Origin: Octopus vulgaris
Taxonomy: Eukaryota
DNA length: 64,000 bases
Assembly (NCBI GenBank): GCA_951406725.2
Contig: OX597815.1
Coordinates: 95,046,001 to 95,110,000 of the forward strand
Direction: 5' to 3'
Each line of letters starts with the position of its first letter. The stretch's first letter is position 1. Below, in pieces: positions 1-14,024 of the stretch. The notes beneath the pieces were generated by a model that was not told where the DNA came from, made no database searches, and saw nothing but the letters and a program-made list of their open reading frames with translations. The position numbers and the translations under genes are program-made.

Positions 1-329
1 AGTAATAATGCATCTTTCAAGGTGAATATTTCTAATTTGATAATAAAATGCAGACGATTAGCAGGATGGATCCTCCGAACTTTCAGAACGAGAGAGAAGA
101 AAAATATGATGGTCCTTTGAAGGACGTATATCTTCAGTCTCTTGGACAACAGCTGCCAAATATGTTCATCACACAGTATAAAATTAACATCAGAACTCGA
201 AGCAATCCAACGAAGCTACACAAAGAAAATCGTCGCAATGCAATGTATCAGCTACTAGGAAAGGCTGAAGGAGTTAAGATTCTTCTCCCTAGAACGAAGG
301 CGGGTAAGTAAGCAGTGATATATATCTGG

Positions 330-677
330 AAAATGTATCTCAGCATCTCAGCATCACCATCAAAGTACAGGACCAGATTCTGAAACAGCTTGGATTTCAA
401 GGGTCCACAGCTCTTCTATATCCTTCGAAAATGCCTAGGAAACCAGCATGGTGTGGGTCTAAGTGTGTACAAAACAAAATTGGATCTCCTCCTGTCAAGG
501 ATTCTAGATGAGCGTACCTCACGACAGGAAACACAGATGAAGGCAGCACCATCAAACTCCCTCATTCACCACCAAATGCCACATATCAGAGGTTTCAAAT
601 AATGAAGGTATAGCATAGGCAACGGTGGTGTCTCAGCATGACCACGACTTTAAAGCTGAAACAAGTTAGAGTTAGAG
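330..677 (+). mobile_element. 3' remnant of a CR1-group (CR1/Crack/Daphne-like) LINE
   Basis: ORF 390-602 (FKGPQLFYIL...YKTKLDLLLSRILDE...AAPSNSL) resembles the C-terminus of CR1-group ORF2. It is followed by a short 3' UTR ending GCTGAAACAAG(TTAGAG)2 and then a CA/TA microsatellite. Confidence 0.55.
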
Positions 678-681
678 GTAT

Positions 682-729
<48 letters not shown>

Positions 730-776
730 AAACAAGTCAAAAATAGAAAATGCTAAAATAATTTTATAGTGAACAT

Positions 777-819
777 TTTAGTACCGGTTTCGGTCATTTT
801 GAGACCTTTTCAACTGTAA
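777..819 (-). ncRNA. Mirror copy of the U3/A8 hammerhead in the inverted arm
   Basis: Reverse complement of 5111-5154 with one substitution in stem I (ctaaaa vs ctgaaa). Confidence 0.6.
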
Positions 820-2389
820 CGATTAAATAATTAAATTTAGAAAAATTAGAAGAAAAGTTTTTTTAAAAGAATATTTATATAGTAGTGTTCAGATTTAAGT
901 GGCATTCTGCCTTTCTCTGACTCCCTTGTTTGCACTTGTGTGTCGGAGGTCGTTGTGAGTTCTTGGAAGGGTAGTAGAGGAAGAAGGCTGGTGGGGAAAG
1001 GGGGATGGGAGAATCTGGGAGTGCCCTGATGGTCGTATTTTGAATGGTCAGTGGCGGCTGGCAGTCTCAGTTCAATTCAGGAGAATATTTATATTGACAG
1101 GCTTGTTTATAGAATTAGCGTAGGTGTTATACTAAAAAACATTAGTGACAAAGTTAAGGGGTAGGGGGTGGAGAAGTAGAAGAAGAAGAAGAAGAAGAAG
1201 AAGAAGAAGAAGGAGAAGGAGAAGATGACGATGATGGTGGTGGTGGTGATGATTATGACGACGATGATGATGATAATGATGATGATGAAGAAGAAGAAGA
1301 AGAAGAAGAAGAAGAAGAAGGAGGAGGAGAAGGAGAAGATGGTGGTGATGATGGTGGTGATGATGATGACGACGATGATGATGATAATGATGATGATGAA
1401 GAAGAAGATGAGGAAGAAGAAGAATAAGAAAAAAACAGAGAAGGGGGAATATGAATGGGTGTAAGTATAGCTATGAAGGGGCTGATTAGTAATGGATTCT
1501 ATGGAGTGTAATATTTGTGTGTGTATATATATTTTTTTCTTTTATTCTAAAGTTGAGGTATATTAATTGTTTGTCGTAGACCCGTTTAGAAGTGGCTTGT
1601 ATTTTGTAATAAAGAGATTTTCTTTACTTATTCGTTGTCTCGAGGTTGTATCGTCCCTAAATTGGTAGAGGGGAAAATTCTGAAGTTTGGTGTTTTTTTG
1701 TTGGCGCAAGTATCTATGTGTTGGCTAAAAGCTATTTTTCTGAATTTTTTTGGGGAATTTTTATCTGGGATCTGGACACCCGGAGCAGGTGAGCAGGGCC
1801 ATTCGTTTACGCAAACCGGATTTTAGTCGCATATCCCGCAATTGGGTCTTCCACATTTTTTTACTGTCGGCTTCTGTGTTGAGGAGTGAATTCGGGCTTG
1901 TGTAAGGAGACTTTTCATGGATCTAGGCTGTCTTTTGCTTTTTATGATCGTGTGTGTTTGGAGGATTGTGTTCATTCTGTGAACCCTAACTCTGTAAGCA
2001 GCCAGCGATACAATATCAGGAACACCGCCACTTCAAGCAGAGAAAGGATAAATCAACACCCACAGCATAGACACTGCAACCTCATCCCCACCCAAAGGAG
2101 TTACCAACGAAATCTTCGTCCCATTATCCGGTTAAACAACCATGCACAACAAACCCACACCACTTGCAATGATTACCAACAAAGGCCTCCTAGAACACCA
2201 CACCCGAATATGGGATATCGGGATGCTCTCCTCAATACTGCTCCAAGAACACACACCATAAATCACAACAGGAGACCCCTAATCAACAAAGAACAACTAT
2301 ATACTAGCTACCGTCCCAACCACCGCATTCATTTTTTAGACCCAATACGCAAACACAGAGACACAAGATAGCACCAAACAAGCAGGAGG

Positions 2390-4320
2390 AACCAAAAGTA
2401 ATAAAAATTATTAATCTAACTCACAAGGAACTAAGAGCAAACCAAATAAACATACTTTCCAAAGGACTCAAGTTTACACCCACCCCACAACACCCCAACT
2501 ACAATGAAATGAAAGAAGACATCGCAGAATTCTGCAGAAAATTAAGACTTACTGAGGAGCTATACGATAAATACAACGAGGACGAATCGTTAGCCAGAAA
2601 TAGGAGTAACTACACCCCCTCGAAAGGTAAGAATAAAACACTTGATGATTTCTGTGACCACATATCAAATTACCCATATCAACATATGCACAAACAAAAA
2701 CACAAACCAAACTTCAGCAAAAAAGAATGGGCTGAGTTGAACAAATTAAAACAAGATAAAACAATAACTCAAATTGAGACCCATAATAGCAGGTCCTGCA
2801 TGCGAAACCCACCGCCTCAGTAACATTTTAGACACCCTGTTAAAACCACTCCTCAAACATACCGTCAAAAGCTATATAAGGGACGACTTAGATATGCTCA
2901 ATCACCTACCGAATACTATAAACAAAAACACCATACTGGTATCCTTCGATGTAGTCAACCTCTACTCCAATATCCCCCACAACCTAGGACTAGAGGCAAT
3001 CCAATTCTGGCTAGAGAATCTCGCCAACGAACTACCACACCGCATCAAAAGAATTTGTGATAGAAGGGGTCAAATTCATCCTGGAAAATAACTTCTTCGC
3101 CTTCAATGACAACTTCTACCGACAAAAATCGGGGACTGCGATGGGTACACGAATGGCCCCCTCCTTTGCCAACCTAGTCATAGGATACCTAGAGATCAGT
3201 CTGTATCGTAAGGTTCTAGAAAGATATGGCAGCCCTTTCTCCATCTACATAGAAAACAACTGGAAGAGATATCTAGATGACTGTTTCATCCTTTGGCATA
3301 AAAATATAGAAAAACTCATAGAATTCCAGAAAATTTTAAACGGACTGGACGTAAACATCCAATTCACGATGGAATATAGCCAACAACAACTCCCCTTCCT
3401 CGATATAATCATTAAGAAAGCTAATAATATAATAGAAACAGACATATACTATAAGCCTACAGACTCTAAGCAATATCTTCCATTCAATTCATGCCACCCC
3501 AGACACACCAGGATGAATATCCCCTTCAATCTAGCAAAAAGGATATGCACTATAGTCTCTAACGCAAACACCAGAGACACACGACTACAAGAACTAAAAG
3601 ATACCCTAATCACCAGGAACTATCCACCTTCACTTATTGACAAGTGCATTCAACGTGCCCTTCAACTTAACATCAAGGAACTGAGACATCCCAAATCAAA
3701 GAAAAGCTTACAACCAAAAGCCTTACCATACATCTCCACACACAACCCTCTCAATAACGAAGCCTTCGACACCATCCTCCACAACATACCTCCTCCTAAA
3801 AAAAGACCACAGAATGAACACAATCCTCCAAACCCACACGATCATAAAAAGCAAAAGACAGCCTAGATCCATGAAAAGTCTCCTTACACAAGCCCGAATT
3901 CACTCCTCAACACAGAAGCCGACAGTAAAAAAATGTGGAAGACCCAATTGCGGGATATGCGACTATCTAATTGAGGGTTCTGAGTTCTCCTTCAAACAGG
4001 GACAACGGTTTACAGTGAAAAGCAACTTCACATGTGCTTCGGAGAACCTAATATACTCACTAACCTGCTCCGGGTGTCAAGAGCAGTACATAGGCCAAAC
4101 AAAAAATGGTTTGCGTAAACGAATGGCCCTGCACAGATCCCAGATAAAAATTCCCCAAAACAGAAAAATAGCTTTTAGCCAACACATAGATACTTGCGCC
4201 AACAAAAAAACACCAAACTTCAGAATTTTCCCCCCTACCAATTTAGGGACGATACAACCTCGAGACAACGAATAAGTAAAGAAAATCTCTTTATTACAAA
4301 ATACAAGCCACTTCTAAACG
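2390..4320 (+). pseudogene. Frameshifted Penelope RT + zinc-finger linker + GIY-YIG endonuclease ORF
   Basis: Motifs LSKGLKFTP, RPIIAG, VSFDVVNLYSNI, GTAMGTRMAPSFANL, RYLDDCF, LPFLD, YYKPTD, SCHPRH, CGRPNCGIC and NLIYSLTCSGCQEQYIGQT, spread over several frames (ORFs 2509, 2774, 3057, 3814). An internal deletion near 2770 removes the ADKG...LPKIHK region. Confidence 0.92.
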
Positions 4321-4479
4321 GGTCTACGACAAACAATTAATATACCTCAACTTTAGAATAAAAGAAAAAAATATATATACACACACAAATATTACACTCC
4401 ATAGAATCCATTACTAATCAGCCCCTTCATAGCTATACTTACACCCATTCATATTCCCCCTTCTCTGTTTTTTTCTTAT

Positions 4480-4752
4480 TCTTCTTCTTCCTCATCTTCT
4501 TCTTCATCATCATCATTATCATCATCATCGTCGTCATCATCATCACCACCATCATCACCACCATATTCTCCTTCTCCTCCTTCTTCTTCTTCTTCTTCTT
4601 CTTCTTCTTCTTCTTCTTCTTCTTCATCATCATCATTATCATCATCATCGTCGTCATAATCATCACCACCACCACCATAATCGTCATCCTTCTCCTTCTT
4701 CTTCTTCTTCTTCTTCTTCTTCTTCTTCTTCTTCTTCTTCTTCTTCTTCTTC
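4480..4752. repeat. (CTT)n/(CAT)n compound microsatellite inside the PLE 3' UTR, mirrored at about 1177-1430
   Basis: Seen directly. It explains the poly-K/M/R spurious ORFs at 1225 and 4439. Confidence 0.9.
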
Positions 4753-5110
4753 TACTTCTCCACCCCCTACCCCTTAACTTTGTCACTAATGTTTTTTAGT
4801 ATAACACCTACGCTAATTCTATAAACAAGCCTGTCAATATAAATATTCTCCTGAATTGAACTGAGACTGCCAGCCGCCACTGACCATTCAAAATACGACC
4901 ATCAGGGCACTCCCAGATTCTCCCATCCCCCTTTCCCCACCAGCCTTCTTCCTCTACTACCCTTCCAAGAACTCACAACGACCTCCGACACACAAGTGCA
5001 AACAAGGAGTAAGAGAAAGGCAGAATGCCACTTAAATCTGAACACTACTATATAAATATTCTTTTAAAAAAACTTTTCTTCTAATTTTTCTAAATTTAAT
5101 TATTTAATCG

Positions 5111-5154
5111 TTACAGTTGAAAAGGTCTCAAAATGACCGAAACCGGTACTGAAA
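5111..5154 (+). ncRNA. Minimal type I hammerhead ribozyme, U3/A8 core variant (PLE terminal repeat)
   Basis: ttacag-TTGAAAA-GGTC(tcaaaat)GACC-GAAA-CCGG-TA-ctgaaa: variant core, 4-bp stem II, palindromic stem III loop, weak stem I. A mirror copy lies on the minus strand at about 777-819. Confidence 0.7.
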
Positions 5155-5238
5155 TGTTCACTATAAAATTATTTTAGCATTTTCTATTTTTGACTTGTTT
5201 TTTTCATATATATCAACTCGTGTGTTCCTTTTCACCTT

Positions 5239-5332
<94 letters not shown>

Positions 5333-8300
5333 GTGTGTGTGTGTGTGTATGGTATATGTGTGTTCAAAATACATTCGAATCTGATTACATAATAATGTGT
5401 ATGTATGTATCTATTAAGCATTTTTGAAGAAAGTCGTGGCCGTTATTATGTGAATTGTATGATGATGGTAAAAGTTTTGTTTAGCTGCATCTCTTACCTA
5501 ATCTAGCAGTTCTCTAACAGAAAGCTTTCTTTCAATGAACATCGGTACAGGTATTTTTATAATCAGTGCATGCAAGACGACATTATTCAATGATACCTTC
5601 TGCAAAAATTATTAGGATAGATGTGGATGATATTTCACAGCTATTTCTAGCTCGTTGAGCCACCTCACCCATGTCTCCTCGAAAGTTGCAGTGAATATTT
5701 GATGCGCCAGACTAAAGCAAGATAATAGTTTGCGGTATTAATGAAGGTACTCCTATGTATAGCATTTTAGTCTCGATTTTGAAAAAAACAGTATTCATTT
5801 TAACCCATGCTTCATAACTTTGGGTCTGATACCAATATTAAAGATAATAAACTATACTGATTGCAATAATTTCATGTTACCAGTATTATGAGATATTATT
5901 ACTGTTATGTTTCTCGAAATTTTCTACTGTTAGGGAAAGTAATACAACAAATTTCATAGGACTAATGAGGGCGCTTCTATGTGGTACTCCGGTGCTAGAA
6001 ATATTTTAAAACTTCCTAAGAAATTATAATTTGCCACTTTAGAAAGTCAGGAATGCATTAGACCGATAGTAAATTCGTAGAAGCTTTAAAGCAGCACATA
6101 GTATGACTTCCGATCTCTATTCCGCTTCTTTGTGTTCTAAATTCAAATCCTACCGATGTCAACTCTGCCTTTCATCATTCTGGAATCTTAAATAGAGTTC
6201 TTGACTAGACAGACAGACGAAAGTGTTCGAACGTCGGACGGGAGGCATTGCGTTACTTGTTCCTGGGGTTTGCATTATTACTTCTAATCAGGCTGAGGTC
6301 TACTTGTGTAGTAGATATAGTCCATCGTCCGGTTTATTACTGCTACTTCGCAGAGTCCTTTCTGTTGTCAACATTCGACTAGATCTCCGCTTTAAGGATA
6401 CCTACATCCTATCTCTCCCACTTATCTGAGTAATCATTAAAAGTGTCATGGACATTGTCCCCCATTTTTGATAAAGCGATAAAATAAGTTTTATACATAC
6501 CAAAACAGCAAATAAGCGAAGTGTTTTGAGTGTTGACCATAGAACGCTACGTGAGATTTACTTCGATTCTCTTAGTTCGTATCCCACCGACTTCAGTTCT
6601 GATGTCAAAAGAAAGATAACAAATTCATGACCATGAATTCAGTGGACTGTTTAGTTCACTGAATGATATACACTGCGGTATCATTACCTACTCTGATGAC
6701 AACGTATGCGGGTGGGAGGGACAAATTTGCTTGTAAGTATCCTAGGTGGTCCTCGCTTTAAGAAATCACTTCCCTTCGCAACTGTGGTGTGGTGAGGTGA
6801 GACTTGCATCTATATACTACTACTAAGCTTCCATTCAAAATAATCTTGCTCAGGCTTGCGCATACATGTGTTGTACGTGGTCATGAGGACAGATGTAAAA
6901 CATAGACACATCCCTAATGTAACAGAAGTGTGGGGTATTGTCAGGGTGCCCTATGTCGTACCCCATTCGATCTGAGCTGGCCGGGGAGTAAAATACAACA
7001 AAAACGACACATATATATATATTTAAACTAACATATTGAATGCTTTGCTTTTCAAAATAGTAGACTTTATTTTCAAAAGAGAGGAAATGCAATATAGTTA
7101 AATGTATTTCCCTGTGGAGATTTAGTAATATATCTTCGTATAACTTCCAACGAAGAGATGAAAGCGTGACAAACCAATGTCGATATATTTTTAGTATCAC
7201 ATCACAAACGACTATGCATTTTAAATACATATTTCCATTATCAGTTTCTTCATTAAGCTGTAAGTTTAGTTAACATTTGTACAAAGAAAAATACAATCAT
7301 CACACACTACGAGTCAATCGAATTGAACTTTTCCACAGAAATAATTTCACCCATAATTACTGATAGATAATCTTTTGTACACCACTCCACTTAAAGTGAT
7401 TGAGTGCAAGAAAGGTTAATCTCTTATTGAAATCCTTACAATGATTTTAATCTCGAGATATTAGGTTATAGAGAAAGGTCAATAGAATTTGATACTTAAA
7501 GTATTAACGAAAGTAAGTCAATGCAAGAAGCTATTTACATTTCAGATGACACTATTACAAATGGAAGGTTTTGTCGATAAATCAATAATTTGTAAAGCTG
7601 AAATTACATTATAAATTTCCTTCGACATTCAGTGCGATATTGTATGGGAGGTAGATTGGAGAATGCTACTAACGAGCAGATTATAGCCATCCAAATACAG
7701 GCCAGAAGGAACCGTTAGTGCTACTATATTCATTTGACATAGGAATGAAATTAAAATTGAATGAACAAAGCAATCGATCTCTATCGAATTGTGTATGGCA
7801 ACTTCTTTATACGAAGCACGCTATAGGATCTGTATTTCTGACTAATGAAATATGATTTCTAGACAATTGTAGAGGAACACGCGAAGATTTGATATTAAAT
7901 CACTTTTGATGTAAATCCAATCATCAGAATTATGCTGCATAAAAATTGCCAAATCTTTGCATGGAACATAATACATTATGCCAGTAGTATGTGTGTACGT
8001 TTTCTTAAACAATGTTAGCTACCGTTCTTAGAACGTGTATCTCTGAAATGTTAAGAAGTTCACTGTGATATTATTACTGCACAGTAACTAGTTTGTAATG
8101 AGTGAATAAGTAAACAAAGTAGCTCTTGTCTCAAGTTTCAAAATTTACATCTACTTGCCTACATTGCATTGCTACTAGTTATATGACGATAAGAATATTT
8201 CGTAACGTACTAATGTATTTATAAATTCAATACAATACATTGAAAATATGTAGATATGTAGAAAGCCTAAGTCCCTACTCACTTAATTTCAATGAGGTGA

Positions 8301-11300
8301 TTAATTGTTGACAAATGTATTCTACTTAATATTCTGTTATGAATATAGAGCCAAATCGAACAAATAAAGTTTACTCAAGCACTTTAAATATTTTTAATTC
8401 AATATATTTTGCATATTTATTTTGTTCACATAAATGTCATATATAGCTGGATAATATATGATAATCGTTGTTCTGTTAAATTGTATTAAGCACCTCTTAA
8501 ATAACTTGACGGGTTTAATAAAGGCTGATATAATCATATATAAAATTTATCTATAATATACAATTTTAATGTGAATCAGGATCACAGAAAGGTGAAGAAA
8601 TGCACAATAACAGTAGAATATAATGAATAATCGATTATCAGTCAAGAGGGTTGCTATTGTATTACATCAATATCTATAGTTTTATATCAATAACAATAAA
8701 TTTCTTGATAATTTCAATGAACGCTGTAGTTTTATGAATAGTTGTTTTGTAGTCAAGGTCAGATGTGGGTGGGTAGAGAAATGGCTTACAAGTTTTGGGT
8801 CAAACGACTAGGCGTTCCTGACTGATCTGTTGTCATAGATATAAGATGCCTCTCTAAAGCTGCAAAAATTACTGTACACTCGGACACGCCATGATAGACC
8901 ATATACGAGGAGATAAATATATAGATTTACTCAAATCTGAATGCTATTTCTGTACATTTGTACATAAAGTTAGTACTGGTCGCATCCATGGCGACTAAGG
9001 TGGACTCTATCAGAGTGTGAGAGTTACATTTCGATTGCATCTATTTTTGGTCACGGGCAGACAAGTAAAGTTTTAAAATTAATGAGCTCCGTGATTTTGT
9101 AGATGTTTCTATATGTTCACGTTTGGGGATGAGTGAAAGTTAAATTGTTTTTTTGACTATTTAATTTTGTTGTGCGAGTTAATGCGTCTGGATTGTATGG
9201 GGCTACAAGTGAGCATTCAATTTTAATTTTTGTTAAACATGTTCGGTCTAGGTCGCCCATTTTAAATATGTGACAATGGCAATAAACCTGCATTGTGTTT
9301 TAATATGATGTGGTTTCTTGGAATAAAATTGGAACCAAATCACTTGCAGAATCCAATGTATTGGTCCTACACCATTGCTGCTTCTTTTTATTAAGGAAAT
9401 ATGAGAATTTTGACTGACCTCATTATGTTTCAATGTCGTTTTGATTTCTCTACTATGCTTTCTTCTCATACCGTGGATATTGTATGTAAATTTTAGTGGT
9501 TTCTTAAATTTCTTCTCTGAGGAGATATACTGATATAACTGAATTTGCATTTCTCCTTTTAGGTCCTCTTACGAAAGAAGATAGTAGAATCTCTATTTTA
9601 GGGTTTTTTTGTATGCAGGTTTAGATAACTAAAGCCGTGTTGAACCTCATAAGCATATGTATACGAAGAATGTGAAAAAAGTGAGCACAAAGTCAACTGC
9701 ATACGATTAGAAAATGTGTGGGAAAGGTGGTTCAGTTATATGTTATAAGTGAAGGTAAGAAAACGGTTCTTTCGAAGCATTTCATATACTATATATGTGT
9801 GTGTGTGTGTCTATGTATGTGTATATATATATTTATATACCACACACTTATATACCTACCTGCGGGAGGTATATGAGGACATATTCGGTAATTTAATAAA
9901 ACAAATCTAATCTAGCAGAAACCAAATATATTTTAATAAGAATTTGTGCACATGATTTCGATAAGTTTTCTTAGAAGATTATTCTATTTATCAGCCTTCC
10001 TCTTCGCTGACTGCTTCGATACGTAATTTTCGACATGTCTGCACTAAATGCTTCTTATTTATTTCGGGTATCATCTGGACAATGGTGACCTTCTATGAAG
10101 CTATTGCATTGTGGGGATGTCGATTAGACTCTCAATATTGAAAGGGCAGTAGTTCACATGATATAAATAGGGCGGATTTGGAGGACATAAGTTGGGTGTA
10201 ATATGATGGTTAGAAGACACAAGCTGGATGTTATATGAAGGTAAAGATTGCCTGGCGTCCATTCTTGGGTTACACGGGCTTTGGGAATGAGTGCTGAGTT
10301 TTGTTGGAACACATTTGGCCAACTGTAATTCATCCCTCAGTCACCAACAGCCGAGAGACCTGCTACCACTCCCACCAACCGAGGGAGACAACAACCACCA
10401 TGGGCAATACTATAGCTACTACTATCTTCCCTCCTACTACCAACTGTTTGCTACCACTCTTATTAACCGGTCATCACTACCAGTTAGTAAACATCTTTTG
10501 CAGGAGAAGTGTGTGAACTATCAGAAATATTATGAAAACTTAATTCAATTCAATTAATTTCAATTTTCTTTAAAAAAGACAACCTAAATGACTAAAACCG
10601 CTACATATTTTCTTTCCATTTTACTACGATAAAATTCTCTAAGCATTTTCACGTGTTTGTGTGTATGTGTGTACGTGTGTACACACACACGTACACACAT
10701 ACACGCACACACACGCACACACACACACGCATGCACTAAATAATTATTTTCGACAAGAAACAAAGGTAATCCTTTGTATCGTGAACAATGTGTAAAGAAG
10801 GACAGACAGATGGGGCGGAAGGTGCAAATATTTTGGAGCAATTGAGTTGGTTCGTTGACAGTAATAGAAGTGGTTATGTTGTGTTAATGTTAGACGTGCT
10901 CATTGTGGTAGAGGTAGTTGTGGTGCCAGGGATACCGTGAGATGGGGTGGAGATTATGGGAGTGGTAGAGTTGTGAAGATTGTCGGAAATGGCTGGTGCT
11001 GATCAGTGTAATATTGCCAATGATAATATTAGTGATAATAATATAATGATAGTGACGATAGTAATTATTAACATGATGATGATGATTATTATGATGATGA
11101 TGATGATGATGATTTTTGTGTTAGTGAGAAAGGAATTAATGATGATACTTATGATTATGGTGATGAAAGGGGTGACGAGGGAAGCGATGATGATGATGAA
11201 AATGGAAGCGACAACAATGATGCAAGTCGTGTTGATTTGTTGGCATAGTGTATTCGCGGGCTGCAGCGATGGTACTCACGTGATAATATGATCATGGTCG

Positions 11301-12321
11301 TAAATTGTTTGGGGGTCATAGAGGTAGTGTTGGTAAGAATCGTAGTCGAGTGGCGGAGGTAATTTTGTTATTGTTAACTCTTACATGGATATTTGTATAG
11401 CAAATTTTCTCTGGCCAGGTGGTTCAACACGAAATAAAATTTGGGACCGGTTAATCGTGCACTAAAGCATCTATATATGTATATGGGAAGAGTTCTATAT
11501 TATAACCTAGTTCCTTGTGGAGACGTATAGCGCACGACTAATACCAAAACGTATTGTAACAGAACTAAGCAAAACGGGGACTAACAAACGAGGTACCTTT
11601 TGAAAAGTTACTCGATGAGATCCATATGCACCTACGATGCGCAACAACTGTTTGTACAGAATTTTATCAACAAAACACTGGTGCACAATGGGTTGAAACG
11701 ATCGCAGAGTATCGAGAATCCAATTTTCCTTCTCCCATATTTTATGCGCACACGCGTGCGCGTGCACAGAGATAGGGAGATAGGGATAGATAGATAGAGA
11801 GAGAGAGAGAAAGAAAGAGAGAGACACACATTTGTACAGAGAGATGAATTTCTTAGTCGTAGGCGTCTTCACATTTATATATAAAGGTGCAGGTGTATAT
11901 CTCAAAAGACAAGAAAATGCTACAAGCACAAAATTGTAGAAATTTTAGTATAAGTGTTTGACGGGGAACAGAGTATGCTCCGGAATCGTCCTGAATGCAA
12001 TATTTATTAGAAAAATATTTCCAAACAGTATTAATCACTGCTTTCCAATAGCTAATAACAAATGGATAAAGAAAGATATTTATCTTCAATAAAAGCTTTT
12101 TCCAAAAATGTAATTAATGTATTTCACTTAACAAAAATAAGGAAAACTTGTTTTTACTTAACATAAGTACTCACTTCCATTTTCTTGGTGATAGTGCCTA
12201 AAAACGCCGTGTTTATGTACTTTCAATATTTAATTACGAGAAATACATCTTCGTTTATCGAAATGAAGGGATAATTTCTGCCTTGCGGTAAAATCCACAT
12301 TGAACACACACACACACATAT

Positions 12322-12389
<68 letters not shown>

Positions 12390-12686
12390 ACACACACACA
12401 CGCCTACATATATGAATGCATGTATCTGTGTGCGTGTTTTGGAGCGGTATGTGTATGATTATGTATGTGTGCAGTATTAGTGTTTGTGCCGGTGCAAGTT
12501 TGTGTCTGTGCATTTCTGTGTTGTGGTTATGTATTACTGTTTCGAGAAATAAATCTCGCAAAACATATGTGACCAGATACATTCCGTTAAAATTTTTGTA
12601 ACTGCAAACATACTAGAGTATACATAAGCTGAGATCACTGAGACTTGAAAACTTTCAAGCTTTATATACACACATGAAGAATATTC

Positions 12687-12880
12687 TTTTCTACTCTAGG
12701 CACGAGGGGGCCAGTTAATTAGATCGACCCCTGCACGCAACTGGTATTTAACTTATCGACCTGGAAAGGATGAAAGGCAAAGTAAACCTCGGCGGAACTT
12801 GAGCGCAGAAGGTAAAGACTGACGAAATACCGGCTAAGCATTTCGCCCGGGGTGCTAACCTTTCTGCCAGCTAACCGCCT
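12687..12880 (-). mobile_element. tRNA-derived SINE with Nin/Deu-like body (family C), tail type 1
   Basis: Minus strand reads GGCGGTTAGCTGGCAGAAAGGTTAGCA (A-box-like) ... GCCTTTCATCCTTTCCAGGTCGATAAG. A degenerate 17-bp TSD lies at 12670-12686 and 12882-12898. Confidence 0.8.
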
Positions 12881-13275
12881 TACACGTGAACAATATTCCT
12901 CAATTGTAGATAATAAATAGAGACTTTCAATCAAATACCTACTTGTCTAGCAACTCTAGTAACATCAAAATCATTGAATTAAAACATGAATGTTTATTTT
13001 ATCACCGGCACAAGATTTTGAGGGATATATTGAACAAAATCAAATTCTTTAATCCTTAAGATATATTTCTATAAAAGGAACGCAGTGTCAATAACAGAGT
13101 CAAGAGTATTGAAAAGTTTGCAAGGCACAACGAAAATTTTAGGAAAGTAAAAATAAGTGGAAATTTTACCGGTGAGTGTGTTAAATTATAAGACACAAAA
13201 AGAAAATGACTTTCCCAGACACAATAGAATAAATGTATATATGTATATATATATATATACATATGTAAACATGTC

Positions 13276-13332
<57 letters not shown>

Positions 13333-13347
13333 ATACATATACATGTA

Positions 13348-13378
<31 letters not shown>

Positions 13379-13419
13379 ATATATATATATGTATATATAT
13401 ATATACATAGGTAAAGATG

Positions 13420-13450
<31 letters not shown>

Positions 13451-13458
13451 ATATACAT

Positions 13459-13551
<93 letters not shown>

Positions 13552-13556
13552 ATATA

Positions 13557-13618
<62 letters not shown>

Positions 13619-13619
13619 A

Positions 13620-13802
13620 TCCAAACAAGAAAACGCAAAAAAACACAACGACGCGAGGACGTGGAACAAATATAGTATTATTGGACGCTCAGGAAAGAAG
13701 GAAAGAAGGAGGGTTTAACGTTTCGAGCGGAGCTCTTCGTCGGAAACATAGGAGAAGGTAAGACAGAGGAAAAAAAATCGCCAACGGTACACACGAGGTC
13801 AC
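13620..13802 (-). mobile_element. Short PLE-like terminal-repeat fragment with a hammerhead-like motif at 13713-13747
   Basis: Minus strand: gttt-CCGACGA-A-GAGC(tcc)GCTC-GAAA-CG-TT-aaac. Homologous to 26405-26600 and 62140-62293; next to (TA)n. Confidence 0.55.
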
Positions 13803-13864
13803 CAGATGCCGAAGTGGATTTCCACAAAGGTCTCTTTCTTTCTTTTGTTATCTTACCGTTTTTA

Positions 13865-14024
<160 letters not shown>

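Larger units (their letters stand above)
726..5205 (+). mobile_element. Penelope-like retroelement (Neptune-type) with an inverted copy of its 3' part at the left end
   Basis: 726-1981 is the reverse complement of 3808-5205 (apart from a rearranged patch near 1770-1825). RT and GIY-YIG ORF fragments lie between. (TA)n flanks both sides. Confidence 0.93.

Noticed and set aside
2390-5205. Selenocysteine recoding as in Naiad-type PLEs
   Set aside because: The ORF breaks are frameshifts rather than in-frame TGA at Cys positions, and no SECIS was recognised.
6850-6990. Possible minus-strand host exon after a polypyrimidine-CAG
   Set aside because: All frames end quickly and there is no recognisable domain or partner exon.
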